A DNA stretch of 64,000 nt from positions 3,561 through 67,560 of the forward strand of contig CAZBOU010000008.1 of NCBI GenBank assembly GCA_964493625.1, read 5' to 3'. Positions 45,196 to 54,616 of the stretch are shown here, in pieces (the first letter of the stretch is position 1; every line of letters starts with the position of its first letter). This stretch comes from an uncultured Caldisericota bacterium (GTDB lineage: Bacteria > Caldisericota > Caldisericia > UBA6126). The notes beneath the pieces were generated by a model. That model had not been told where the DNA came from, did no database searches, and saw only the letters and a list, made by a program, of their open reading frames with translations. The translations under genes were made by a program, and so were the position numbers.

Positions 45196-47026
45196 CCATC
45201 CCCAACATTTCCAGAATATGTTCGACTGTAAATCCGGAATTCTTCAAAATAGATGATCGAGATTGTTGTCCCAAAAAAGGCTCTCCCAATCCAATAGAAT
45301 CAACTTTACAGATGCAAGAAGGAAGAGAATATAGATAACTTTGTACCATGGAAGCGAATCCACCCGATTGGATTCCATCTTCAATAAGTATTATATGTTT
45401 ACAATGAGAGGAGATTGATTGAAACATTTCTTTATCGAATGGTTTGATAAATCTTGCATTCACAATACCAATATTTTTCTTTTTCGTAGCACATATGTTT
45501 CGAACTGACCGACATAAGTCTTCAAAAGGACCAATAAAAACTAAGTAGGCATCTGTTCCTTTTTCAAGACAAACAGAAGTACCTAGTTTGATCGGAGGCG
45601 ATCCATATGCAGTTAAGGTATGTTCTTTGGGGTATCGAATGAATGTGGGCATAGAACAGTTTCGAATGGACCATTGCACCATGTCCTTTAATTCTGTTCC
45701 ATTGGAAGGAGCCATGATTGTAACATTGGGAAGAGGTAGCAAAAAAGCAATATCAAAACTTCCCTGGTGGGTTGGACCATCGGCAGATACAGCTCCCGCT
45801 CGGTCAACTGCGAAAACAACGGGTTCTGATTGAATACAGCAATCATGAATGACTTGATCGTAAGCTCTCTGCAAAAAAGTTGAATAGATCCCAACAACAG
45901 GGATAAGCTTTTTGTGAGCTAGTCCAGCAGCAGTAGAAACAAGACATTGTTCTGCAATGCCAACATCGATAAATCGTGAGGGATACTGCCTTGCAAAAGG
46001 AACCATATGCAAACCTTCGCTCATCGCTGCTGTAAGAGCAATTAACCTAGGGTGACTTTTGGCAGTTTCCAACAAAACTTCTCCAAAAAAGGTAGAAAAT
46101 GTTTTTTTGTCCGCTTTTATTCGTATGCACTCTTTATCCATGGCAAAGGGAGGAGAGCTATGGAACTGAGTAGAGTTGTTTTCAAAATGAGTGATTCCTT
46201 TTCCTTTTTTTGTAACAACATGAACCAAACAAGGTTTATTTAGTTTTCGAATTTGCTGGAAAATTTCACTCAATACTTCAATGTTATGCCCGTTATAGGG
46301 GCCAAAGTAGGTGATTCCAAATTCTTCAAAAATGGACCGGGGGATGAAAAATTTTTTCGTTGCCATCTTTACTCTTTCAAGAAAAGATACCATTTTCTTC
46401 CCAGCAGAACCCATTTTGTATAGCTGACTTTTGGTCCTATTGTTAACAATTCTGTAAAAAACACTATTTCGCAATCGATCTAATTCATGAGATAAGTATC
46501 CTACATTCTTTGAAATAGACATTTCATTGTCATTCAAAACAATTATTATGGGTAGCTTGTGATGACCAATACAATTGATAGCTTCAAAATTTTCTCCACT
46601 TGTGAACGATCCATCTCCAACAATGGCAATGGTGTAGGAGGGGTCTTGGAGAATTTTCTTTGCATAGGCAAATCCGAATGCGAGGGATAAGGAAGTGCCT
46701 GAATGGCCAGCTATAAATTTATCATAGATACTCTCGTGTGTATTAGGGTAACCACTAATCCCATTGCTTTGCCGAAGAGTATGAAATCGGTCCCATCTGC
46801 CGGTTAAAAGCTTATATGTGTAGCATTGATGACCAACATCAAATAGAAAATCATCTTTTTCTGGGTGAAAAACCCGTAAAAGAGCAACCGTTAATTCAAC
46901 AACCCCTAAATTGGAGGATAGATGCCCTCCATTTTTCGAGACTGTGGCAATAATTTTTTCTCTTACAGAGCAACAAAGGTCTTGTAATTCTGAAACATTC
47001 AAGGACGGTATTGAGTTGAAATTCAT
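45182..47026 (-). CDS. dxs: 1-deoxy-D-xylulose-5-phosphate synthase
   Basis: 614 aa with the ThDP-binding region (GHSGTSLSLAFGFAYA, VGDGSFTSGENFEAIN) and transketolase-like middle and C-terminal domains. Confidence 0.95.
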   Translation of the reverse strand: MNFNSIPSLNVSELQDLCCSVREKIIATVSKNGGHLSSNLGVVELTVALLRVFHPEKDDFLFDVGHQCYTYKLLTGRWDRFHTLRQSNGISGYPNTHESIYDKFIAGHSGTSLSLAFGFAYAKKILQDPSYTIAIVGDGSFTSGENFEAINCIGHHKLPIIIVLNDNEMSISKNVGYLSHELDRLRNSVFYRIVNNRTKSQLYKMGSAGKKMVSFLERVKMATKKFFIPRSIFEEFGITYFGPYNGHNIEVLSEIFQQIRKLNKPCLVHVVTKKGKGITHFENNSTQFHSSPPFAMDKECIRIKADKKTFSTFFGEVLLETAKSHPRLIALTAAMSEGLHMVPFARQYPSRFIDVGIAEQCLVSTAAGLAHKKLIPVVGIYSTFLQRAYDQVIHDCCIQSEPVVFAVDRAGAVSADGPTHQGSFDIAFLLPLPNVTIMAPSNGTELKDMVQWSIRNCSMPTFIRYPKEHTLTAYGSPPIKLGTSVCLEKGTDAYLVFIGPFEDLCRSVRNICATKKKNIGIVNARFIKPFDKEMFQSISSHCKHIILIEDGIQSGGFASMVQSYLYSLPSCICKVDSIGLGEPFLGQQSRSSILKNSGFTVEHILEMLGMDETG

Positions 47027-47027
47027 G

Positions 47028-47888
47028 CTAGGCTAGTTGACCCCTTAACCACTGGAAAATATCGGTGAATTTTTGGTTATCATGATGTACGACTTCAGAT
47101 AGAAGCGATTCAGCTTGGTTCAATTCAGAGGAAAACAGTTGGACCATTGCTTCTTGATCAAACAATTGGAAGGCATTTGATTTTTCTTGAGGGTTGTCTC
47201 GGTCGTGGAAATCATCTGCAAGCTGAAATGCGTTGCCAAAATGAAAACCAACCTTCTCAAGCAGGCCAGTAGTTTCTGAGGGTTGTAAGGCGCAGACGCT
47301 TCCCATCATAAAAGCAGCAGAAAACAGTGCAGCTGTCTTTTGATGCACAATACCAAAAAAAGTTTTCTGATTGATTTCATAAGAGCTTTCTTGGTAACAT
47401 TCCAGAGCTTGCCCTTCAATCATTCCTGGTATACCCCCCTTTTCGCTAAGTATTTGGAGAAGTTGCAAAGTGGCATCCTTGGGAAGTATTTCTTCCGGAA
47501 TGGATGTGAGAGTATGAAAAGCAATAGAAAATAGGGCATCTCCTGTCAATAGACCAATATCTTCTCCATACAGAGTATGGGTGGTTTTTTGACCCCGTCG
47601 ATACTCATCATTATCCATGCAAGGTAAGTCGTCATGGACCAGAGAAAAGCAGTGCAACAGTTCAAGAGAACAGGCTGCTTCTAATGCTGCAGTAGAAGCA
47701 TGTTGCGAGAGAGCTTCAAAAGTGTTGAGTAAAATAATAGCTCGTAATCTTTTGCCACCAGCAAAGATACTATGTTCTATAGGGGCGTATAAAACGGATG
47801 CAGACTTCAAGGGCAATAACAATTCTCTAAGACGATTTTCAACAAGTTTCTTTTTTTGGAGCCAATCTTGAGTAAAATGGTTACTCAT
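47028..47888 (-). CDS. ispA: (2E,6E)-farnesyl diphosphate synthase / short-chain polyprenyl synthase
   Basis: First Asp-rich motif FSLVHDDLPCMDNDEYRRG and second motif FQLADDFHD. The start ATG at 47888 overlaps the nusB stop by 8 nt. Confidence 0.88.
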   Translation of the reverse strand: MSNHFTQDWLQKKKLVENRLRELLLPLKSASVLYAPIEHSIFAGGKRLRAIILLNTFEALSQHASTAALEAACSLELLHCFSLVHDDLPCMDNDEYRRGQKTTHTLYGEDIGLLTGDALFSIAFHTLTSIPEEILPKDATLQLLQILSEKGGIPGMIEGQALECYQESSYEINQKTFFGIVHQKTAALFSAAFMMGSVCALQPSETTGLLEKVGFHFGNAFQLADDFHDRDNPQEKSNAFQLFDQEAMVQLFSSELNQAESLLSEVVHHDNQKFTDIFQWLRGQLA

Positions 47889-48351
47889 TTTGTTCTTCCT
47901 CCGTAGAAGTGCATTTTTCATGTGGACGATATTTACGAAACACGGATCCTAAAACGCCATTGACAAACTTCCCAGAAGGAATACCTCCATATACTTTCGC
48001 CAATCGAATAGCTCTATCAATAATGATTCCAGTTTTCATAGCAGGTTCATATAGGAGTTCATAAATTCCTATGCGTAGAATAATTTTGTCAAGTAACATT
48101 ACTCGTTCAACTTTCCAGTTGCTCAAATGATCTTTCATTATTGTATCAAGTTTTTTTGCATTCTGATAGATATTTTCGGCCATTTCTACAGGAGCTTCCC
48201 CAAAGTCAAGAGGTTGGGAGACGTAAAATTCTTCTTCAATTTGATGATTTAACACTTCAATAGAAGCACTATGGAATTCTTTTTGATACAGTAAAAGTAG
48301 TACTCGTTCATGCAATCGCTGATTAAAATGTGCTTCTGGATTTTCAATCAT
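47881..48351 (-). CDS. nusB: transcription antitermination factor NusB
   Basis: LDKIILRIGIYELLYEPAMKTGIIIDRAIRLAKVYGGIPSGKFVNGVLGSV is a typical NusB core. I chose the start at ATG 48351 (MIENPEAHF), 1 nt after the efp stop, rather than 48399, which would overlap efp. Confidence 0.85.
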   Translation of the reverse strand: MIENPEAHFNQRLHERVLLLLYQKEFHSASIEVLNHQIEEEFYVSQPLDFGEAPVEMAENIYQNAKKLDTIMKDHLSNWKVERVMLLDKIILRIGIYELLYEPAMKTGIIIDRAIRLAKVYGGIPSGKFVNGVLGSVFRKYRPHEKCTSTEEEQNE

Positions 48352-48352
48352 A

Positions 48353-48916
48353 TTATTGTATAGAGACCCTTTCAAGGTATTCTTTTGTGCGAGTGTCAAC
48401 TTTCACAATGTTGCCTTCATCAATAAACAATGGAACCTGGACAACAAGTCCAGTTTCTAATGTAGCAGGCTTACTACCACCTTGTGCAGTGTCACCTCGT
48501 AACCCAGGATCTGTTTGAGCGACCTTTAATTCTATACTCGCAGGGAGGTGGAGACCAATAGGGTTGTCTTCGTAAAAAAGCATGTCGATACTGGAATTTT
48601 CCAGTAAAAAATCTGCTTCTTCCTTGCAATCTTCTTCTGATAAAGTGTATTGCTCAAAGGTTTCTTGGTCCATAAAAACATATCCATTATCTTTGTATAG
48701 GTATTGCATTTTTTTGGTTTGCAAATAGGCATCTTTCATTTTTTCATCAGGTCGAAAGGTTTTCTCCATCGTACTTTTCTGTTTTAAACTACGCATTTTG
48801 ACCCGAACAAAAGGAGAGCCTTTCCCGGGCTTAATATGTTCAAATGAAGTTATGATCCATAGTTGACCTTCATATTCACAGGCTTTTCCTGGCCGGAGTT
48901 CATTCGCTGTAATCAT
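48353..48916 (-). CDS. efp: elongation factor P
   Basis: MITANELRPGKACEYEGQLWIITSFEHIKPGKGSPFVRVKMRSL. GGAGG lies 5 nt upstream of ATG 48916. The 48928 start in the track lies inside the RBS. Confidence 0.95.
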   Translation of the reverse strand: MITANELRPGKACEYEGQLWIITSFEHIKPGKGSPFVRVKMRSLKQKSTMEKTFRPDEKMKDAYLQTKKMQYLYKDNGYVFMDQETFEQYTLSEEDCKEEADFLLENSSIDMLFYEDNPIGLHLPASIELKVAQTDPGLRGDTAQGGSKPATLETGLVVQVPLFIDEGNIVKVDTRTKEYLERVSIQ

Positions 48917-49089
48917 GGTTACCTCCAAAGGGGCAAATTGGTTTCAAATACAATATTATAACAATATACCAGATATATGGAAAAGAACTATTCCGTCCCT
49001 TTTTAACCATTTCGTAATGACTTCTCTATTTCATTATGCTTTAATATTATGTATTAAAGAATCGTAAACGTACAGAAGGGAGTTATGGT

Positions 49090-49419
49090 ATGGCATCAAA
49101 AGAAAGATCTGACCAGAGTAAGTCTGTTCAAAATTACCCTGATCGGAAAATTCCGCGTAAGGAAAAAAGTCCAGGAAACTGGTATCTTATTGTGGGTCTT
49201 ATTGCAATTTTTTTCATGATCATTGGATCTACTGGGATTATCCCAGGAGTAGAAGGACAATTGCCTGAAATTTACAATACGGCTCTTACTCTTTGTTTGT
49301 CTTGTATTGGACTAGGCCAGATTAACTTTATGATTTTGGGTAGTATGTTTTTTGCTTTTATCGTATTTATGTTACTGTTTGGATTGACCAAACATGATAA
49401 ACCAGGAGAATACAAATGA
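49090..49419 (+). CDS. small two-TM membrane protein with CLSC motif
   Basis: 109 aa. A basic N-terminus is followed by two hydrophobic helices with CLSC between them. GGGAG RBS lies 9 nt upstream. The stop overlaps the next start (ATGA at 49416-49419). Confidence 0.55.
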   Translation: MASKERSDQSKSVQNYPDRKIPRKEKSPGNWYLIVGLIAIFFMIIGSTGIIPGVEGQLPEIYNTALTLCLSCIGLGQINFMILGSMFFAFIVFMLLFGLTKHDKPGEYK

Positions 49420-50660
49420 AATCAAAAGAAATACGAAAGAAGAATACTAAAATCTTCCATACTGTTCAGTGGATTGGGTTTTTCTTCGGAACATTTGCAT
49501 TTTATTGGTTGGCAACGCTAAATCCAATTTACCTAAAACGGTTTCCTATGCCTTGGTTGGTCTGTTGGTCTAATCCATTTGCCCCTGGAGCTTGCCCAGC
49601 AGGAACTTTGCAACATTTTCTCACCATCGGCAATGGTGTCATTCCATTCTTTGCAATCGGAATGTTGGCTCTTATTGGGGTGTTCTTTGGACGAATGACA
49701 TGTGGTTGGCTCTGTCCTTTTGGTCTTCTACAAGACTTGAGCTACAAAATGAAGCAATATGCCAAAATCATTGTTTTGGTTGTTTTGGCCGTTATTGTTG
49801 GATACCTTTGTTGGACTGCTCCCATGTTTTCTGGCTATACTAGCCCTCGGACTGGAAACTTTACGAGTTTATCTCTGCGCGATTTGTGGGCTTACGGTCG
49901 AATGACACGATTTTGGACCTTTTTGATTGCTCATTTGTTGCTGTTTGGCGCAATTTTTTCTCTGTTCTTTTTCAAGTTTAAAAAATTCACCATTAGTAAT
50001 AAACTAGGAAACTGGGGACGGGCTTTCTTCTTTATTGTCCCCTTCATTTTGCTACCCCTTCTAGTATCGGACGCACACCTAGCAACTCGCGGTCCTTGGT
50101 TTTGTAAGCTTTGTCCTGCAGGAAGTGTATTTGCTGCCATTCCCCAGTTTTTAGGGAATGCTCTTCCAAAAAGTTTTTTCCCTTTTATGGGTCTTCCTCA
50201 AGAATCTCCTCTTATCCCATACGGAATGTCTAGTTATCAAGATATACGAAGTATGGGGCAAGCAATGTTTGCTATCAAAATTTCGATGCTTGTATTGCTT
50301 TTGTGGGTGACTACATTATCGAAACGAGTCTTTTGCAAGTTTGCCTGTCCAATTGGTACATTCTACTCATTCTTTACATACTTTTCATCCATACGCGTAG
50401 TTGTTAACAAAGATATATGTCGAGGCGAAAGCTGTAATATCTGCAGAGCCGTATGTCCTATGGATATAAAAATCTATGAAGAAGGATCCTTGTCTCATTG
50501 CATTGGTTGTCTTGAATGTGTGAATCGATGTCCTCATGAGGCAGCACAAGTACTGCGACCATCCTATTTTAACTTCTTGATTCCACGATCACGTTACACA
50601 ATAGCTACGATTCCATCTCCCTCAGAAGAACCATCTTCACCAGATCAAACCAAAGCGTAG
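49416..50660 (+). CDS. NapH/MauN-like integral-membrane polyferredoxin (4Fe-4S binding protein)
   Basis: Membrane-edge CxxxCP motifs are CGWLCPFG, CKLCPAG and CKFACPIG. Two C-terminal ferredoxin motifs are CRGESCNICRAVCP and CIGCLECVNRCP. Confidence 0.8.
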   Translation: MKSKEIRKKNTKIFHTVQWIGFFFGTFAFYWLATLNPIYLKRFPMPWLVCWSNPFAPGACPAGTLQHFLTIGNGVIPFFAIGMLALIGVFFGRMTCGWLCPFGLLQDLSYKMKQYAKIIVLVVLAVIVGYLCWTAPMFSGYTSPRTGNFTSLSLRDLWAYGRMTRFWTFLIAHLLLFGAIFSLFFFKFKKFTISNKLGNWGRAFFFIVPFILLPLLVSDAHLATRGPWFCKLCPAGSVFAAIPQFLGNALPKSFFPFMGLPQESPLIPYGMSSYQDIRSMGQAMFAIKISMLVLLLWVTTLSKRVFCKFACPIGTFYSFFTYFSSIRVVVNKDICRGESCNICRAVCPMDIKIYEEGSLSHCIGCLECVNRCPHEAAQVLRPSYFNFLIPRSRYTIATIPSPSEEPSSPDQTKA

Positions 50661-50672
50661 AAAAAGATTCCT

Positions 50673-52106
50673 ATGCGATTGCGTTTTGCACCTTCTCCCA
50701 CGGGCGCTCTCCACGTTGGAAGCGCCCGTGTGGCTCTTGTCAATTATTTAATTGCATTGCACTACCATGCAGATTTAATTTTACGCATTGAAGATACAGA
50801 TTTTGAACGCTCTACAAAAGAGAGCTTAAACTCTATTCTTGAATCTCTTCAATGGCTAGGAATTACGTTTCAAGAAGGACCTTATTTTCAGAGTCGAAGA
50901 ATCCCAGTCTATAAAACAGTTATTCAGCGTTTGTTACAAGAAAAGAAAGCGTATCGATGTTTTTGCTCATCAGAAGAAATAGAAGCTATGAGAGTAGAGC
51001 AAGCAGCTCTCCATAAACCACCTGGATACGATGGACGCTGCAAAGAATTGTCTGAGACACAGATTCACCAGTTTTTATCTGAAGGTAAACCTTATGTTGT
51101 TCGGTTGCGAGTCCCTTCGAAATCAATCCTTTTTCAGGACTTAATAAAGGGAAATGTTGTTTTTGATGGTGCTTTAATTTCTGACTTTGTGATAGCTAGA
51201 CAGGATGGATCTCCGACGTATCAATTGGCCGTCGTAGTGGATGATTTTGAAATGGGGATTACGCATGTGGTTCGAGGGGAGGATCATGTATCCAATACTC
51301 CAAAACAGATAGCTCTTTATCAAGCATTGGGGTTGTCTCTGCCGACATTTGCACACATACCATTAATTATTGGAAATGATCGGTCCAAATTAAGCAAACG
51401 CCATGGAGATACATCCATACAAGCATATCGAGAAAAAGGGTATCTTCCGCAAGCTCTTGTGAATTATTTTGCATTGCTAGGAAGTTCTCATGATTCTCAA
51501 CAAGAAATCTTATCTTTGGAACAACTTGCTCAGGACTTTTCTTTTGAACATTTGTCAAAGTCTCCTTCTACGTTTGATCTACCCAAATTAACCTGGATGA
51601 ATCATTGGTATATACAACAGCTACCTACAGAGGATTTTGTAGAAAAATTACAACCTTTTGTAGCTTCTATCCCATTGACTTCTTTAACCATAAAGAAAAT
51701 TGCTTCTCTGTCACAGGCACAAATGAAAACTCTGCAATCAATTGAAGATGTTTGCGAGCCATTTTATAAATATCACGTAGATTGGTCCAATAAAGCCATC
51801 CAAAAATTGATAAAAAAGCCTGAGCTAATCGATTTTTTACAGCATTATTACCAGCTTTTATTAGATGCAGAAACATTTTCTATTTCTTTTCTTGAAGAAA
51901 CATTTGACTCGTTGTTTCGTTCGAAAAGTTTAAAAAAGAGGGATGCTATTCAAATAGTACGTTTAGCTGCTATGGGGAAGTTGATTTCTCCACCTCTTTT
52001 TGATACTTTATACTTGTTAGGGCACCAAGAAAGCATAGAAAGAATGAATCTATTTTTACAGGAAGTACCATGTCAGAGACAAGAAAGTCTGATGGAAAGC
52101 ACATAA
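50673..52106 (+). CDS. gltX: glutamyl-tRNA synthetase
   Basis: RLRFAPSPTGALHVGSAR (HIGH region) and KLSKRHG (KMSKS). 477 aa. Confidence 0.95.
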   Translation: MRLRFAPSPTGALHVGSARVALVNYLIALHYHADLILRIEDTDFERSTKESLNSILESLQWLGITFQEGPYFQSRRIPVYKTVIQRLLQEKKAYRCFCSSEEIEAMRVEQAALHKPPGYDGRCKELSETQIHQFLSEGKPYVVRLRVPSKSILFQDLIKGNVVFDGALISDFVIARQDGSPTYQLAVVVDDFEMGITHVVRGEDHVSNTPKQIALYQALGLSLPTFAHIPLIIGNDRSKLSKRHGDTSIQAYREKGYLPQALVNYFALLGSSHDSQQEILSLEQLAQDFSFEHLSKSPSTFDLPKLTWMNHWYIQQLPTEDFVEKLQPFVASIPLTSLTIKKIASLSQAQMKTLQSIEDVCEPFYKYHVDWSNKAIQKLIKKPELIDFLQHYYQLLLDAETFSISFLEETFDSLFRSKSLKKRDAIQIVRLAAMGKLISPPLFDTLYLLGHQESIERMNLFLQEVPCQRQESLMEST

Positions 52107-54616
52107 AGAAGCAGAAGAAATCCCGATGTAAAAATGTTTTTAAGTGGATTGGGATTGTTTTTTCTGTTTTCATCGTTATTGTAACTGTTGCTTTTTTTGT
52201 TATTAAAAATCGCCTAGAAGTGTCCCTCCCAAGTATTCAAGATATTGCAGAGAATCCTCCTGTAGCATCTCAGATATTTGATCGTCACGGTCGATTTATT
52301 GCCAGCGTTCAATTGGATGAATATAGAATCAATGTTCCTATCTCGGAAACATCCCCCTATATTCAAAAAGCTGTTGTCGCCTCAGAAGATGAGCGTTTCT
52401 ACAATCACAGAGGGTTTGATATTATCGGGATTGCAAGAGCTTTGTTTTATAATATTAGAGAGCGTGACATTGGGCAAGGCGGTTCTACTATTACCCAACA
52501 GTTGGCACGAGATTTATTTTTAAGCCTTGAAACTTCGTATACTCGAAAAATTAAAGAAATATTACTAGCTCTAGAGCTAGAAAAAAAATACACAAAAGAA
52601 GAAATTTTGGAGTCTTTTTTAAACTATCAATACTTTGGCCCAAGTCCTACCGGTAGGTGTTTTGGTGTAGAAACAGCAGCCCGTAACTTTTTTGGCAAAC
52701 ACAACAAAGAAGTCACCTTGTCCGAAGCAGCCATAATTGCAGGTACACTCGACGCTCCTTCGTTACGATCTCCTTGGTATGATCCTGAAAACGCTATGAG
52801 TAGGGGGAATCTTGTTCTTGGAAAAATGCTCCGAAATGGCTTTATTACAGAAGAAGAATATCAAACAGCACATATTAAAGGAATCCGACAAGAGCTCCCA
52901 AAAGATTTCGTAAAAGAACCAGGAATTGTCTATTTAGGATCCTTTTCAACTGAAACTAAAACAGAATCAAAGTATTACTTCGTTGACTATATTCGAGAAG
53001 AAGTCCAGAAACTATTTCCAGAAGGTGAGAAAGCCTTGTTACACGATGGGTTGAAAATACATACAACCTTGGATTTAAAAGTTCAAAATATTGCTGATGA
53101 AGCTATACGGAAAATATTTCATGACGCAGAAGAAAAAAAACAATTCAATCCAGACTTAAAAGATGTGTTTGATGTGGTTCAACCGCAAGGACAGATTGTT
53201 GTTTTAAAACCAGACACTGGAGAGATTCTGGCAATGATTGGTGGACGCGATTATGCCAACACTAAGTTTAATCGCTGTACTGCCTTTCGACAACCAGGCT
53301 CGCTTTTTAAACTTTTTGACTACACGACTGCTGTGGAATCGGGCGTATGTGGCACAGGAACAATAATCACTAGTGAGTCTTTCCAAATGGAAGATAACGA
53401 TGATGTGTGGATACCTGAAGAATGGACGGCTGGAGATACATTTTTCGGTTCTTTGACTGCTAGAATGGCACTGGTACGTTCCTCAAACATTTGTGCTATC
53501 CGAGTAGCCCAATGGTCTGGATGGGAACGAGTTGCCTATTATGCTGAAAAAATGGGAATTCAACGACCCGTTCTCGCTGTTCCTTCTATGGCTATCGGTA
53601 GCCTTGAGGTTAGTCCAATTGAAATGGCTACAGCTTTTGGTGTTTTGGCTAACGGAGGAACTAGAACCGATCCTATTTGCATTACAAAAATATCTACTCA
53701 TAGCGATCGTACTCTCTTTTCATATGAAAGCTATCCTGTCCGAGTGATTCACGAATCCACCTCCATATTGATGAATGACTTGTTTCAGTCGGTCTTTTTC
53801 AATACAGCTGGCGTTTCTGTCCCTTTTGATGCAGCAGGTAAAACAGGTACTGCTGAAGATTTTTTAAGTGGATGGTTTACGGGGTATACCCCCGACATTG
53901 TTGCCTGCTCTTGGATTGGTAGAGATAGTGCTGACGTAAAAGTTCCTAATGCTCGAATATGGGGGTCTTCTTTTGCAGCTCCTCTAGTAAAGGAGTTTTT
54001 GTCTAGTTTGTACAAGGCACAGTCTTCCTCAGATTGGGATTCAGAGGAATATCTTAAGAAAAATCCTTTTCTATCCACCAACGAAGACATTGATGGAGCA
54101 ATGCTGTGTAAAACATCTGGACTGCTAGCAAATGATTTTTGCCCACCAGAAGAACGAGTTGAAAGCAGATATAGAAAAGGATACTTGCCCTCCTATTATT
54201 GCAATGTACATCAAGAAGAGTTTGTTGTGTTACAGATTTGTCCACTGTCTGGAAAAATTGCTGGAGAATGGTGTGAAAACCCCATTGAGAAAAAGTTTCT
54301 AAAAGGAACTGAACCGACTGAGATATGTGATCATTGCAAAGTGCCGATTGAAGTGGAAATGTACACGGGTATTCTAGAAGAAGATCGCACATATCGCATT
54401 GGTAAACCAGTTGAAATGCATTTTAAAATCAATGATGTGCAGGGTAATCGCATTGAAATCTATATCAATAAAAGAAGAAAAGCGATTCTTGTGGAAGAAC
54501 CATGGTTTTATGAGTGGATACCAGAACAAACAGGAGAGAACAAGATTATTGTCATCTTGCGGGATACCGAATCATTTATTTATCAGCTGAACATCAATGT
54601 GGATATACAAGAATAA
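52070..54616 (+). CDS. class A penicillin-binding protein (glycosyltransferase GT51 + transpeptidase), copy 1
   Basis: TM anchor; GT51 motifs ASEDERFYNHRGFD and GGSTITQQLARD; transpeptidase motifs SLFK (SxxK) and KTGT. The C-terminal extension is Cys-rich plus a beta-sandwich. The start overlaps gltX by 37 nt. Confidence 0.92.
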   Translation: MSETRKSDGKHIKKQKKSRCKNVFKWIGIVFSVFIVIVTVAFFVIKNRLEVSLPSIQDIAENPPVASQIFDRHGRFIASVQLDEYRINVPISETSPYIQKAVVASEDERFYNHRGFDIIGIARALFYNIRERDIGQGGSTITQQLARDLFLSLETSYTRKIKEILLALELEKKYTKEEILESFLNYQYFGPSPTGRCFGVETAARNFFGKHNKEVTLSEAAIIAGTLDAPSLRSPWYDPENAMSRGNLVLGKMLRNGFITEEEYQTAHIKGIRQELPKDFVKEPGIVYLGSFSTETKTESKYYFVDYIREEVQKLFPEGEKALLHDGLKIHTTLDLKVQNIADEAIRKIFHDAEEKKQFNPDLKDVFDVVQPQGQIVVLKPDTGEILAMIGGRDYANTKFNRCTAFRQPGSLFKLFDYTTAVESGVCGTGTIITSESFQMEDNDDVWIPEEWTAGDTFFGSLTARMALVRSSNICAIRVAQWSGWERVAYYAEKMGIQRPVLAVPSMAIGSLEVSPIEMATAFGVLANGGTRTDPICITKISTHSDRTLFSYESYPVRVIHESTSILMNDLFQSVFFNTAGVSVPFDAAGKTGTAEDFLSGWFTGYTPDIVACSWIGRDSADVKVPNARIWGSSFAAPLVKEFLSSLYKAQSSSDWDSEEYLKKNPFLSTNEDIDGAMLCKTSGLLANDFCPPEERVESRYRKGYLPSYYCNVHQEEFVVLQICPLSGKIAGEWCENPIEKKFLKGTEPTEICDHCKVPIEVEMYTGILEEDRTYRIGKPVEMHFKINDVQGNRIEIYINKRRKAILVEEPWFYEWIPEQTGENKIIVILRDTESFIYQLNINVDIQE

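Noticed and set aside
49085-49219. Alternative 44-codon ORF starting at ATG 49085, overlapping the small CxxC membrane protein
   Set aside because: It sits only 4 nt from the GGGAG RBS, whereas ATG 49090 has a 9-nt spacing. Its product has no hydrophobic helices, and the 49090 frame is translationally coupled (ATGA) to the next gene.
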